From NCBI GenBank assembly GCA_038131935.1, contig JAYPQH010000010.1, positions 21,342 through 85,341 of the forward strand: 64,000 nucleotides of DNA, in the 5' to 3' direction. Every line of letters begins with the position of its first letter. Positions within the stretch are counted from its first letter, which is position 1. Of this stretch, positions 50,271 through 61,783 are shown in pieces. The DNA comes from Alphaproteobacteria bacterium (GTDB lineage Bacteria > Pseudomonadota > Alphaproteobacteria > UBA8317). The notes under the pieces are model-generated. The model did not search any database. It was not told the DNA's origin and saw nothing but the letters and a program-made list of their open reading frames with translations. The position numbers and the translations under genes are program-made.

Positions 50271-50690
50271 GTGGTTGAAAGCAAGACCAGCTTAGAGGAA
50301 GACGTATACATCAACCTCAAGGATAATCAATTTATTGAAATGATGTCATTGGTGGAAGAGGTCACGGCGTTGGTGGGTGAACTTGGCTATGTATCGCATA
50401 TGGATTTTTCATCAGATGACGCAGATGAAGATCAAGATAATGCGCTTTTGGTAAATTTTGATATTTCTGACCCAGAAAATGACGAAGATGTTGCTTATAT
50501 CCAAATGGATCAGGATGCTAAAGGTTCAATCGTATTCTTTGATACAGGAAAGGGACAGGCCCGCCATCGAACCGTTTATTATGCACTTGCTGGGCTATCT
50601 ATCCATTTTGGGCTGGGCTTTCATATTGCGGATATAAGTGATGATGATCTTGGATCCGAAAATGACGAAGAAGAGATATTAACCGAATAG
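50271..50690 (+). CDS. Highly acidic hypothetical protein
   Basis: 139-aa ORF with AGGAG RBS, rich in D and E. Confidence 0.65.
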   Translation: MVESKTSLEEDVYINLKDNQFIEMMSLVEEVTALVGELGYVSHMDFSSDDADEDQDNALLVNFDISDPENDEDVAYIQMDQDAKGSIVFFDTGKGQARHRTVYYALAGLSIHFGLGFHIADISDDDLGSENDEEEILTE

Positions 50691-50783
50691 CCATTGGTGT
50701 CAAAACGCGCCACATAGTCCTGTTTTAGGTTGTTGTATTCATCAGCTGTGGAAAACAGCATGATGTGCTTAGGCCAAATGATG

Positions 50784-51456
50784 TCATGATGATATCGACG
50801 TAGCCGCTTTCATCATGCGCGAGGCTAATTGTGGCTCAAGATAGTCATAAAAGCTGTGTGTTGGGTTTGAAACCTCTTTGGCTACATAGCCTTTCTCGTA
50901 AAGCATGAAGGGAATGCCAAAATCTGATGCTGCCATCTGATCAGCCGGGCTGTCGCCTACAAAAAGTGCTTCAGAGAAGGTTTTTGGAAGGTCTCTGTAA
51001 CATTTAGCAACCATATCTGGTGCTGGTTTCGGGGGGAGCTGTGGGGTGCGTCCAACAATGATGTCCGTCAAGTTATCTAAACCTACCGCCTTGCAAACCT
51101 CCGACGCATAAGGTTCCGGTTTGTTTGTGCAAACGGCGATCATACAACCCTCTAAACGAAGTTGTTTCAAACATGTTTCTACACCTTGGAACATTTGGGT
51201 GTTATCTGTGTGACATTGGGCATAAAATGCTCGAAAATCAGCAATAAATTGATCTTGATTTTGCAGTTCTACGGCATGGGGTTGGCCGGATATAAGCGAG
51301 GACAGCATGGCAAGCCCCTTTGCCAGGGGCTGCCCCATAGGTTTCAGGGGTGAGAGGTTCCAATCCATAACGCACAGCGGTATGATTCATAGCGGCTATC
51401 AAATCTGGCGCGGAGTCGACCAAGGTACCGTCTAAATCAAAGATAATCGCTTTCAC
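50784..51456 (-). CDS. HAD phosphatase (Gph-like), indel near 51315-51330
   Basis: IIFDLDGTLVDS (motif I), then VCTNKP, KPAP, FVGDS..D. GTG 51456 follows GAGGGG. Confidence 0.88.
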
Positions 51457-51572
51457 AACAAAATTCCCCTCATTGAAAAATTCTTCGTCCGTAAAAAGTT
51501 TTGACAACTGCTTCAAGTTTTTCGTACGCCGAGACATTCTTGTTTTATGTTCACTGTAGGTAGACGGTAATA

Positions 51573-52911
51573 ATGTCAACATGTGTTATATTGGCTGCTG
51601 GAAAGGGAACGCGCATGCGCTCTCCTTTACCAAAAGTGTTGCATCCTCTTGGGGGGCGAACGCTCATCAATCACGTCATTGCAGCCGTCTCAATCATGGA
51701 TCCTGATCCCATTATTGTAACCGGCTCACAAGCAGATTTGGTTGAAGCAGATATTAAAAAAAGCCATCAAGGCTGTCGCTTTGTTCGGCAAAGAGCCTCA
51801 GCTGGGAACAGGTCATGCAGTGGCGCAAGCACTCAACCATATCCCCAATGATGATAGCCCTGTATTGATTTTATTTGGAGACACGCCTCTCATAAAAACA
51901 AAAACGCTTGAGAATTTGGTGAGCCTTGTCTCTAAAGAAACACCTTTAGCTGTGCTCACATTTACCCCTGATGATGCGGGCCGATATGGTCGAGTTATCA
52001 TCCAAAACGGTGCTGTTGAACGCATCAGGGAAGCAAAGGATGCCACCCAAGAGGAGCTTGCCTGTCAATTGTGCAACGCAGGTGTCATGGCCGCCACGGG
52101 ACGCATATTGCATGATCTCTTGCCATTGTTATCTGATCAGAATGCTGCGGGGGAGTATTATCTCACGGATCTCGTTGCGTTGGTTCGAGGTAAGAAGCTT
52201 AAGGTTGGCTTTGCATCTGCTGAACCATATGAAGTTGCAGGGGTGAATGCGCAAATGGAATTGGCTGTTCTTGAAGCATATTACCAGCAAATGCGTCGGA
52301 AAGAGTTGATGGACCAAGGTGTTTGCATGCCGCATCCGGAAACAGTTTTTGTCAGTTATGATACTTCTTTGGCGCCTGGCACCCTTGTCGAGTCGCATTG
52401 TGTTTTTGCATCAGGAGTGAAGGCGGTAGGGCCTGTGCATATCCGTGCTTTTTCTCACTTGGAGGGCGTGCAATTGCAGTCTGGTTGTGTCGTGGGGCCT
52501 TATGCACGCATTCGTCCAGGAAGCGAATTGGATAAAGATGTGCGCATAGGTAATTTTGTCGAGGTGAAGAAAGCCAAGGTTTCCTCAGGCGCCAAAATAA
52601 ATCACCTTTCTTATATTGGTGATGCGTCTGTTGGTGCCAATGCCAACATTGGTGCTGGTACAATTACCTGCAATTATGACGGTTATCAAAAATATCAGAC
52701 GGTCATCGGTGAACAAGCCTTTATCGGCTCAAATACCCTTTTGATAGCTCCAGTTAATGTTGGGGCGCGTGCTTACACAGGATCTGGTACGGTTGTTGGA
52801 CAAGATGTGCCCGAAGGTGCGCTCGCAGTTACCAGGGCTCAGTGGAAATTGCGAGAAGGATGGTCTGAAGCATTTCAACAGAGAAAAAGTCACAAAGGAG
52901 ATGATGTCTAA
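51573..52911 (+). CDS. glmU: Bifunctional GlmU, 1-nt insertion near 51790-51792
   Basis: [47 protein letters not shown]. Confidence 0.96.
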
Positions 52912-54735
52912 TGTGCGGTATTATAGGAGCTATAGCTGACAACGATGTGGTTTCTACCCTGTTGGAAGGGCTTCGCCGGGTGGAATATCGTGGCTATGAT
53001 TCCGCTGGCTTATCTATTCAAGATGGGTGTCGCATAAATACGCGACGTGCTGTTGGAAAGTTGCAAGCATTGCGTGAACATATAGCCGAAGATCCTATAC
53101 AGGGAATGTTGGGAATTGCCCATACGCGCTGGGCCACGCATGGTAGACCTTCAAAGGAAAATGCCCACCCCCACGCAACAGGTAGGGTGAGTGTTGTTCA
53201 TAACGGCATTATTGAAAATTTTCACGAATTGCGTGAGGAGTGCCAATCCAAAGGGGTTACGTTTTTATCCCAGACGGATACGGAGGTGATTTCATGGCTT
53301 TTGGACCTTGCTTTAGATGATGGTCTTTCCCCCATCGATGCGTTTTCGTCTGTTCTTCCTAAGCTTAAAGGTGCTTATGCGTTAGCTGTTATTTGGACCT
53401 CGGAACCCGAAACGTTGATGGGAGCTAGGATGGGCTCTCCGTTAGCAGTAGGTTACGGCGCAGAAGGGCGATATCTAGGCTCAGACGCACTGGCTTTGGC
53501 ACATGTTTGTGACGCAATCAGCTATTTAGAAGATGGTGATTTTGTTGTGGCCAACCGTCGTGAGGTCACAATTTTTGATCGACAAGGTCATGAGACAGCG
53601 CGAGATATAACGCCTTTGGTGAGTGAGCAATATCTGGTCGAGCGTGGCCAATATAGGCATTTTATGTTGAAAGAAATGCATGAGCAGCCAACAGTGGTTG
53701 GTCAGACAATCGCGCGACATGTTGATATGGCACAAAAATTCTGCCATCCATGCTGATGCTATTGATGCCATGAGTCAGTCCAACTCTATAACGTTTTTGG
53801 GTTGCGGCACGGCGCATTATGCGGGGATAATGGGGCGGTATTGGTTTGAGGAATATGCAGGCTTGCCTAGTGATGCAGAGATTGCGTCAGAGTATCGTTA
53901 TCGAAAGAATGCTGCTCGCAAAAATCATATGGTTTGTGTTGTGTCACAGTCTGGGGAAACATCTGACACATTAGCTGCAATGCGCCATGCCAGTTCCTAT
54001 GGGTATTCTGTACTGGGTGTGGTGAATGTTCCACACTCCAGCATGGCCCGTGAAGCTGAATACTTATTGCCAACCCATGCCGGTGTCGAAATTGGTGTTG
54101 CATCGACAAAAGCGTTGGCTTGTCAAATGGCAGTATTAGCAACCACATCTGTCTTGTTGGGATATGAACGTGGTGTGTTGAGTGAAGAACAAAAACAGTC
54201 TTGTCTTAAAGACTTAGTGAACCTTCCTCGTTTGATGGGTGCTACATTGGAGACTGATGATGTTTTACAAAAACTTGCTAAGACATTATTGGCTACGCGC
54301 TATTTTCTGGTCTTAGGACGTGGTGGTTTATATCCTGTGGCTTTAGAAGCTGCTTTGAAAGTGAAAGAGTTGAGCTATGTATCTGCGGAGGGTTATCCAT
54401 CCGGAGAGTTGAAGCATGGCCCTATTGCTCTGATTGAAGATGGTGTGCCGGTTGTCTGCTTGCTTCACGAGGACATAGAACCAGAGAAAGCTATTTCAAA
54501 TTTGGAAGAAGTGCATGCACGCGGCGCAAGGGTGATTGCTATTGGCGATCAAAAAGTGCTCGAACGCGTTTCGGCTGATGATGTGGAAAAAATCTGCATA
54601 CCCTCATCATCCCGCATTCAGGCTGCTTTTGCTCATCTTATCCCTATGCAAATGCTCGCCTATCATTTGGCTTGTATGAAGGGGACAGACGTCGATCAAC
54701 CACGCAATTTGGCAAAATCAGTTACTGTTGAATGA
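52911..54735 (+). CDS. glmS: Glucosamine-6-phosphate synthase, 1-nt deletion in A5 at 53734-53738
   Basis: MCGIIG, EYRGYDSAG, HTRWATHG, SQSGET, ELKHGP, C-terminal PRNLAKSVTVE. Confidence 0.97.
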
Positions 54736-55090
54736 GGGTGAATTCGGATTTAGTCAAACCCAATACTCTCATTTATTATGTTCCAAGGTTTACGCAAGAA
54801 TCAACAAATTGGTCTATTCCCTGACCAGCAAATACAAACAGTCACAACAAGAATTGCATGACCACATGAAGTCCCTTCATGACCCTGGTATGTCCTATCG
54901 CAGAATTACCAAACTTCTGAATAAGAAGGGTATCAAGACGCACACTGGAACAGAGCAGGGGTGAAACTGGAAACTCTGTTTACTCATTCCTCAAACAGTA
55001 TCGTCTAAGAGGGAGGAGATGAGAACTTCTGAATAAACAGTGCAAACTTGATTGGTGAACGATGCAGGTTAAATGGGAAAAGAATGAAAG
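54736..55090 (+). pseudogene. Decayed recombinase-like helix-turn-helix gene at the glmS 3' end
   Basis: QQELHDHMKSLHDPGMSYRRITKLLNKKGIKTHTG, then after a shift GETGNSVYSFLKQYR...RR*ELLNKQCKLDW*TMQVKWEKN. Resembles the GxSxxxIAxxLNxxGxxTxxGxxW motif of serine-recombinase DNA-binding domains. Two in-frame TGA codons. Confidence 0.6.
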
Positions 55091-55137
55091 TTATAATATT
55101 TTTAAAATAATATTTTGGTTCATTGGTGGAGAATTTT

Positions 55138-55569
55138 ATGAAACGTGTTTTTTTTCTCATAATGTTTTTGTTTCATGCCTCTTATGCGTTTGGGCAATTT
55201 ATTGATACAAAATGGAAAGTTACGGATTTTTTGGGTGAAGCATGGTTTGCAGACACGAAGAATATAATCGGCAAAACACAAGACTTTTATAAAGGATGGT
55301 CTGAAGGCGTTTTTTATTCCTGTGACTACGCTGGGCAGTCCGCGACATATAACTCATACACTCCTGACGAATTTTTAAAAAATAAGGAATTTTCTTTATT
55401 TAAGAAATTTAAAGTTGATTTTATAGATGAGGAAATTTTTGTTCACCGAATAACCTGTAACGGGAAAAAAGGTTTTGATAGAAAAGTGATGTATCCTTTT
55501 ATCACTCAAAATAATTCAAAAAAGGCTTATTATGTCTTTGAAGGGGCGATTTATATATTAGAATATTGA
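55138..55569 (+). CDS. AT-rich hypothetical exported protein
   Basis: GGAG RBS, signal peptide MKRVFFLIMFLFHASYAFG, two Cys, visibly lower GC than the flanking genes. Confidence 0.75.
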   Translation: MKRVFFLIMFLFHASYAFGQFIDTKWKVTDFLGEAWFADTKNIIGKTQDFYKGWSEGVFYSCDYAGQSATYNSYTPDEFLKNKEFSLFKKFKVDFIDEEIFVHRITCNGKKGFDRKVMYPFITQNNSKKAYYVFEGAIYILEY

Positions 55570-55723
55570 TGTAAAAGTAGCGTATCAGCGTAGATCTGTA
55601 TGCAACCTAATTTAAAGACATTGGCGTGAACTTTATAAAGGGGGCCCATGCGTGGTCGTGGTTCATTCACTAAGGTAATAGTTTTTTAACATAAGACATG
55701 GTTAAGGAAGCTTGAGGTGGGTG

Positions 55724-56254
55724 ATGCATATTAGGTTTGCGCAGAAAAAGGATCTAGCTGGGATAGAAAGTCTCATTTGTGCCGCTTTCCCTGATGGTGA
55801 ACGTGAAACTATCACACGTCTTGTTGGTGATATTATAACCGCCTCTTCCTCGCCATTTGTCATGCCATACCTTGCGGAAATTGAAGCAAAATTGTCTGGC
55901 TTTGTTGCGTTCACGCCGGTAAAGCCGATTGAGAATACTGCAATTCAATGTTCAATTCTTGCACCTCTTGCCGTACATCCCGATGTCCAGAAAATGGGTG
56001 TTGGAACGAAGCTTATAAATCATGGGAAAAGTGTTTTAATTAAAAACAAAGTTGATGTTCTATTGGTCTATGGAGACCCTCAATTTTATGGACGGTTTGG
56101 GTTTCATGAGGAGATCGCCAGACCCTTTGCTCCTCCCTTTCCTTTAACATATCCATTCGGTTGGTTAGGGATGGAACTACAGCATCCACCATTATCGCGT
56201 AGGACAACAAAAATTTCATGCATCGAGGCATTATCGCAACCTGATATGTGGTGA
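55724..56254 (+). CDS. GNAT N-acetyltransferase (YhbS-like)
   Basis: ILAPLAVHPDVQKMGVGTKLI, LVYGDPQFYGRFGF. Confidence 0.9.
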   Translation: MHIRFAQKKDLAGIESLICAAFPDGERETITRLVGDIITASSSPFVMPYLAEIEAKLSGFVAFTPVKPIENTAIQCSILAPLAVHPDVQKMGVGTKLINHGKSVLIKNKVDVLLVYGDPQFYGRFGFHEEIARPFAPPFPLTYPFGWLGMELQHPPLSRRTTKISCIEALSQPDMW

Positions 56255-56603
56255 GAAAAAGCGGTATGGGGCATCTGTAATCATTTGGATGATTTTAACT
56301 TCGTCGCTGTGGTCTCTTGTTGAGCATGAGTTAAAAAAAACAGCATGGAGGACAGCAGTTTTACCCTCCTCTATTGATCAGTCTTATGAGGGTTTCCCCA
56401 CTTTTAAAAAGGTTTGGTGCTCAAGTTGATAGCGGGTGATGTGGTTACCTGCATGGTTAAAAAAACTTGCACCGTCTCGTTTCTCCTGACAAAGCTCATT
56501 CACATATATATTGGGGTATCAATTCTGTTGTTGAATGGCGGACAAAATCTCGGGCAGATGATCGTTCAATATAGAGAGAAATACCGTGCCAAAGGGGAAT
56601 GAG

Positions 56604-57323
56604 ATGGCTCATCAAGATCAACTCAAGCAATGGGTAGGAGAGGCTGCTGCTCAAGAAATACGTGATGGTATGCATGTGGGTATTGGTACAGGTTCAACAG
56701 CTGAAGCTTTTATCCACGCTCTAGCATCACGTATCCAAAAGGGATTGGATATAAAAGCAGTGGCAACATCTCAGCGTTCACATGATTTGTGCTGTCAGTT
56801 AGGTTTCGACATGGGGACGTTGGCTGACATTGGACCGCTAGATGTTACGGTTGATGGAGCAGATGAAATTGATCCCTCATTTCATTTGATTAAAGGTGGT
56901 GGAGGCGCCCATCTTCGTGAAAAAATTGTTGCTTCAGCTTCCCATAGATTGGTCATTATCGCTGATAATTCCAAGCTGGTTCCACAGTTGGGGCAATTTC
57001 CTTTGCCTGTAGAAATGATTGCATTCGAGGCGACCTACACCGCTCGGATGATCCAATCGATGCTGTGTGAATTGCTTGATGTTGATGTTCAAGCGAAACA
57101 GAGGTTTGTTGGTGATGCACCTTTCGTGACGGATTCAGGAAATTGGATATGGGACTTCCATTGTCAGCGTATTACAGATCCAGAAACACTCGCACTTGCC
57201 TTGGATACAGTGCCAGGGGTTGTTGAGCATGGTCTTTTTGTTGGGATGGCTGATCTTGTGCTGGTTGCCGGTCCTAAGGGCGTAGAACGAATGGAAAAAG
57301 GTGGCGATGATGAAGCATTATGA
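56604..57323 (+). CDS. rpiA: Ribose-5-phosphate isomerase A
   Basis: GIGTGSTA, DGADEID, KGGGGAHLREKI, PGVVEHGLF. Confidence 0.97.
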   Translation: MAHQDQLKQWVGEAAAQEIRDGMHVGIGTGSTAEAFIHALASRIQKGLDIKAVATSQRSHDLCCQLGFDMGTLADIGPLDVTVDGADEIDPSFHLIKGGGGAHLREKIVASASHRLVIIADNSKLVPQLGQFPLPVEMIAFEATYTARMIQSMLCELLDVDVQAKQRFVGDAPFVTDSGNWIWDFHCQRITDPETLALALDTVPGVVEHGLFVGMADLVLVAGPKGVERMEKGGDDEAL

Positions 57324-58692
57324 CTTTTTTGTTATCGGTGGTGGATCAGGTGGTGTTCGCGCAGCAAGGCTTGCTGGAGCCCGGGGTCTCAAGGTTGGAC
57401 TTGCCGAATATGATCAATTGGGTGGTACTTGTGTTGTAAGAGGATGTGTTCCCAAAAAACTTATGGTCTATGCGGCTACTTATGCTGGACTATTTGAAGA
57501 ATCCGTGGGGTTTGGTTGGAGACCTCATGACACATCTTTTGACTGGCCTATGCTAAGAGACAAGGTGGCGAATGAGGTGGGGCGCCTTTCCGCTATTTAT
57601 CAAAGAAATCTAGAAGCATCTGGCGTCGAAATTATTCCAAAACGTGCATTTTTTGCTCGCTCTGGTGTGATTGGCTTTGCTGATGGCACAGAAGTATCAG
57701 CAGATAAAATTCTTATTGCTACAGGTGGAAGGCCGAGTCGTCCGGCAAATCTTGAAGGTTCTGATTTGGCACTTATCTCAGATGATTTATTTTTGTTACC
57801 GCAGTTGCCGCGGCGGCTTGTGATTTCTGGTTCAGGCTACATCGCCGTTGAGTTCGCAGGTGTTTTTGCTCGGTTAGGTGTTGATGTTACATTGCTTGTG
57901 CGATCTGAGGCTGTTTTGCGAAGCTTTGATCAAGGCTTGCAGGACTACGCTGCGAAAGCATTATCCCATTGTGGGGTGGACATAAAATTCCAAACCCAAG
58001 CCCAAAAACTGGCGAGGCAACCAGATGGCTCCCTGCAGATCACGCTGCAAAATGGAGAGGTGCTGGATGCGGATGAATTACTCCTCGCCACTGGTCGCGT
58101 GCCACATACCAAAAACCTTGGTTTGGAAAATATTTCCGTGCAGACCCATCCTAATGGTGCGATACATGTGGATAGCTATTCTCGCACGAATGTTGAAGGC
58201 GTTTTTGCCATCGGTGATGTAACGGACAGGGTGAACCTGACACCCGTCGCAATATCAGAGGCTATGGCATTAGATCGCACATTGTTTGGCCAAGAACCAA
58301 CCAAAGTTGATCACGAACTTATTCCTACGGCTATTTTTACACAACCGGCCTTGGGTACCGTCGGGATATCGGAACGGGATCTTGTAGCGCTAAAAGCAGA
58401 TGCAGATGTTTGGGAAGGAGAGTTCAGGCCTTTGAAACATACGTTGAGCGGCGTACCTGAGACATTTTATTTTAAACTTATTGCTGAACCAAATCAGGGC
58501 CGCATATTGGGTATTCATTTGGCAGGGGAAGAGGCTGGTGAGTTGATTCAATGTTTGGGTATTGCCGTAAAGGCTGGGCTTACGAAAGATGATTTTGACA
58601 GAACCATGGCTGTGCATCCTTCTGCTTCTGAGGAGTTGGTCACACTAAAACAACCTTCCAGAAAACTACGTCAAGGTGTTTTGTCTCAGTAG
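57307..58692 (+). CDS. gor: Glutathione-disulfide reductase
   Basis: GGGSGGVRAAR, GGTCVVRGCVPKK, AIGDVT, HPSASEE. Confidence 0.95.
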   Translation: MMKHYDFFVIGGGSGGVRAARLAGARGLKVGLAEYDQLGGTCVVRGCVPKKLMVYAATYAGLFEESVGFGWRPHDTSFDWPMLRDKVANEVGRLSAIYQRNLEASGVEIIPKRAFFARSGVIGFADGTEVSADKILIATGGRPSRPANLEGSDLALISDDLFLLPQLPRRLVISGSGYIAVEFAGVFARLGVDVTLLVRSEAVLRSFDQGLQDYAAKALSHCGVDIKFQTQAQKLARQPDGSLQITLQNGEVLDADELLLATGRVPHTKNLGLENISVQTHPNGAIHVDSYSRTNVEGVFAIGDVTDRVNLTPVAISEAMALDRTLFGQEPTKVDHELIPTAIFTQPALGTVGISERDLVALKADADVWEGEFRPLKHTLSGVPETFYFKLIAEPNQGRILGIHLAGEEAGELIQCLGIAVKAGLTKDDFDRTMAVHPSASEELVTLKQPSRKLRQGVLSQ

Positions 58693-58766
58693 TGCTTTCT
58701 GGACATTAATATCTTGGCTGTGGCACTAGCTTACCTGAATTTTTAAGTTATACGAGGAAAATAGGC

Positions 58767-60116
58767 ATGAGTACGGATTGGAAACCAGGAAATTGGGCTA
58801 ACTACAAAGCTTTGCAATTGCCGCAATATCCAGATCAGGATGCCCTTCGTGCCGTTGTTGGTCGGTTGGAGGGCTTTCCGCCACTTGTTTTTGCAGGTGA
58901 AGTTCGTGCGTTGAAAAGTCATTTGGCGGACGTCGCGACGGGGAAAAAATTCTTATTACAGGGTGGCGATTGTGCAGAGAGCTTCGCAGAATTTCATCCT
59001 GATAATATTAGAGATACGTTCCGTGTTTTGCTGCAAATGGCTGTGGTGCTGACATATGGAGCCAAGAAACCTGTGGTCAAAGTAGGGCGCATGGCTGGTC
59101 AATTTGCTAAGCCTAGGTCCTCTGACATGGAAACCGTAGATGGTGTTGAATTGCCAAGTTACCGAGGGGACATCATCAATGGTATGGATTTTGAAGCCGG
59201 TATGCGGGTTCCAGATCCTGAAAGAATGCTTACAGCTTACTCACAAGCTGCATCGACACTGAATTTGTTACGTGCATTCTCGCAAGGTGGCTATGCTGAT
59301 TTGAATAGAGTGCATAGTTGGAATTTAGAATTTCTTGCTGGTGCGGAAGAAAGCGATAAATACCAGCAATACGCAGACCGTATCAGTGATGCACTCTCTT
59401 TTATGGAAGCCTGTGGTATCACTGCTGAAAATTCGCCGTCATTGGCATCTACTGTGTTTTTTACATCTCACGAAGCTCTTTTGTTGCCCTTCGAACAGGC
59501 CATGACACGTATTGACTCTACCTCTCAGCAGTGGGTTGATACATCCGCACATATGATTTGGATTGGTGATAGGACGCGGCAGCCAGATGGTGCCCATGTG
59601 GAATTCTGTAGAGGCGTGGTAAACCCAGTTGGTATAAAATGTGGTCCATCCCTCCATGAAGATGAATTAATCCGACTGATCGACATTATCAATCCAGACA
59701 ACATACCTGGAAAGGTAACCCTTATTGCACGCTATGGACATGACAAGGTTTTAGAGGGCCTTCCCAAATTGGTTCGTAAAGTTCAGCAAGAAGGTAGATC
59801 GGTCGTATGGTCATGTGATCCCATGCACGGTAATACCATCAAAACGGACAGTGGTTACAAAACAAGGCCATTCGAGCGTGTACTCGCTGAGGTGCGGGGT
59901 TTCTTTGACGTTCATCATGCAGAGGGGACATATCCTGGAGGTATTCATATTGAAATGACAGGAAAAGATGTTACCGAATGTTTGGGTGGTGTTGCTGGTA
60001 TTAAAGAGGAAAACCTTCAGGATCGCTATCACACACATTGTGACCCTCGACTTAATGCATCTCAGTCATTGGAGTTGGCGTTCTTGATATGTGATAAGCT
60101 GGGTCTTTCAATGTAA
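58767..60116 (+). CDS. Class II DAHP synthase
   Basis: [44 protein letters not shown]. Confidence 0.97.
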   Translation: MSTDWKPGNWANYKALQLPQYPDQDALRAVVGRLEGFPPLVFAGEVRALKSHLADVATGKKFLLQGGDCAESFAEFHPDNIRDTFRVLLQMAVVLTYGAKKPVVKVGRMAGQFAKPRSSDMETVDGVELPSYRGDIINGMDFEAGMRVPDPERMLTAYSQAASTLNLLRAFSQGGYADLNRVHSWNLEFLAGAEESDKYQQYADRISDALSFMEACGITAENSPSLASTVFFTSHEALLLPFEQAMTRIDSTSQQWVDTSAHMIWIGDRTRQPDGAHVEFCRGVVNPVGIKCGPSLHEDELIRLIDIINPDNIPGKVTLIARYGHDKVLEGLPKLVRKVQQEGRSVVWSCDPMHGNTIKTDSGYKTRPFERVLAEVRGFFDVHHAEGTYPGGIHIEMTGKDVTECLGGVAGIKEENLQDRYHTHCDPRLNASQSLELAFLICDKLGLSM

Positions 60117-60142
60117 AGGAGAATGGCCAGCGTGCCACAGCT

Positions 60143-61777
60143 ATGTTGCGATTTGGATTATGGCAAGGAAACCCTCTTGTAGGTGACATCAAAGGAAACC
60201 TCTCTGGGTTTGAACAGGTGATACGCGATCATGCCAACGGTATGATTGATGTGTTTGTTGCGAGTGAATGTTATGTGACAGGCTATCCCGTAGAAGATCT
60301 CCTTGATCGGCCCTCTTTTCGTGAAGAAATCATAACGGAACTAAAAGCTTTTGCGGAGCGAATAAGAGACCTTCCACCTGTTATTATTGGTGCACCCTGG
60401 CCTATTGAAGACAAGTGGCACAACGCTGCGTTATTTATTCAAAATGGAGCTATTCAAGACGTGCGGGGCAAATACCTACTGCCCGATTATGGCGTTTTTG
60501 ATGATAGCCGAATTTTTTCAAAGTCGGGACTGCCAGGACCTATGATGATATTGGGCCACAAAATTGGCGTTATGGTATGCGCTGACATGTGGGAGCCTGA
60601 GGTTGCGGAAGCATTATGCGAAGCAGGGGCGGAAATTTTACTCGTTTTGAATGGAAGTCCCTATGAACATGATAAACTTGATGAACGCATAGGACATGCT
60701 ACAGCGCGTGTTGTCGAAAATGATGTTCCCCTCATTTATCTCAATATGATTGGTGGGCAAGACCATCTGGTGTTCGATGGTGGCTCCTTTGCTTTGTCCA
60801 GATCGCGGCAGTTATGTATGCAACTCCCACAATTTAAAGCATCATTTGCATCTTTAGAGTGGAATGGTGCAGAGCTTTCCGGCAAATGCACCTATCCATC
60901 TGAAAAATTGGTGAATGATTATCAAGCCTGTGTTTTGGGGCTACGTGATTATGTGTTGAAAAACGGCTTTCATTCCGTGCTCTTCGGTCTCTCAGGAGGA
61001 ATAGATTCTGCACTTGTTGCAGCCATGGCCGTAGATGCTTTGGGTGCAGATAATGTCGAAGCTGTCATGATGCCATCGAGATATACCTCGAAAGAGAGCG
61101 TAGAAGACGCGCAATCGGTAGCATCATTATTAGGAATAACGCTTTTGCACCATGATATCGATCAAGCCTTCGCGGTGGTCAAGAAAGAACTGGGTACAGA
61201 GGAATACGGTACTTCGGGCGCACTTGCAGAAGAAAATCTTCAATCCCGCATGCGTGGTATGTTTGTGATGGCAAGGTCAAACATGACAGGAGCTTTGGTT
61301 CTGACAACTGGTAATAAATCTGAATATGCGACAGGGTACGCAACGCTTTATGGTGATATGTGTGGTGCTTACGCTCCCATAAAAGACGTTTACAAGTCGA
61401 GTGTTTTTGCCATGGCCAAACTCCGGAACACAGGTTTATTGTCTGCAGATCATCTTGGTGTGGATGGTATGGTGATGCCAGAACGGGTTATCAGCAAACC
61501 TCCGTCTGCAGAGTTGCGGCCAGATCAGGTCGATGAAGAATCATTAGGCTCTTACGAGGAACTTGATCGTTTGCTTCATGGGTTGCTGGAAAAAAATCAA
61601 GGGCTCAACGAGTTGGTGCAACAAGGTTTTGATGAAGAGTTTGTGAGGAAGATCATTCATCTTGTGCGTATTAGCGAGTACAAACGCTCTCAATCAGCTC
61701 CTGGCCCCAAAATTTCTCGCATGCAGTTTACAAGAGAACGTCGTTACCCCATTACCAACGGTAACAAGCTAATTTGA
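60143..61777 (+). CDS. nadE: Glutamine-dependent NAD+ synthetase
   Basis: N-terminal nitrilase domain (E, K, C retained), GLSGGIDS, TTGNKSE, GYATLYGDM, PSAELRPDQ, EYKRSQ. Confidence 0.96.
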   Translation: MLRFGLWQGNPLVGDIKGNLSGFEQVIRDHANGMIDVFVASECYVTGYPVEDLLDRPSFREEIITELKAFAERIRDLPPVIIGAPWPIEDKWHNAALFIQNGAIQDVRGKYLLPDYGVFDDSRIFSKSGLPGPMMILGHKIGVMVCADMWEPEVAEALCEAGAEILLVLNGSPYEHDKLDERIGHATARVVENDVPLIYLNMIGGQDHLVFDGGSFALSRSRQLCMQLPQFKASFASLEWNGAELSGKCTYPSEKLVNDYQACVLGLRDYVLKNGFHSVLFGLSGGIDSALVAAMAVDALGADNVEAVMMPSRYTSKESVEDAQSVASLLGITLLHHDIDQAFAVVKKELGTEEYGTSGALAEENLQSRMRGMFVMARSNMTGALVLTTGNKSEYATGYATLYGDMCGAYAPIKDVYKSSVFAMAKLRNTGLLSADHLGVDGMVMPERVISKPPSAELRPDQVDEESLGSYEELDRLLHGLLEKNQGLNELVQQGFDEEFVRKIIHLVRISEYKRSQSAPGPKISRMQFTRERRYPITNGNKLI

Positions 61778-61783
61778 GGTCAC

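Noticed and set aside
52860-52911. glmS ribozyme
   Set aside because: glmS overlaps the glmU stop, so there is no leader.
54736-54800. Tn7 insertion at attTn7
   Set aside because: No TGT-initiated end with repeated TnsB sites at the expected distance, and no tns genes.
56518-56537. attR-like repeat of the glmS 3' end (shared TGTTGAATG)
   Set aside because: Only 9 bp match exactly, which is too short to distinguish from chance without comparative genomes.
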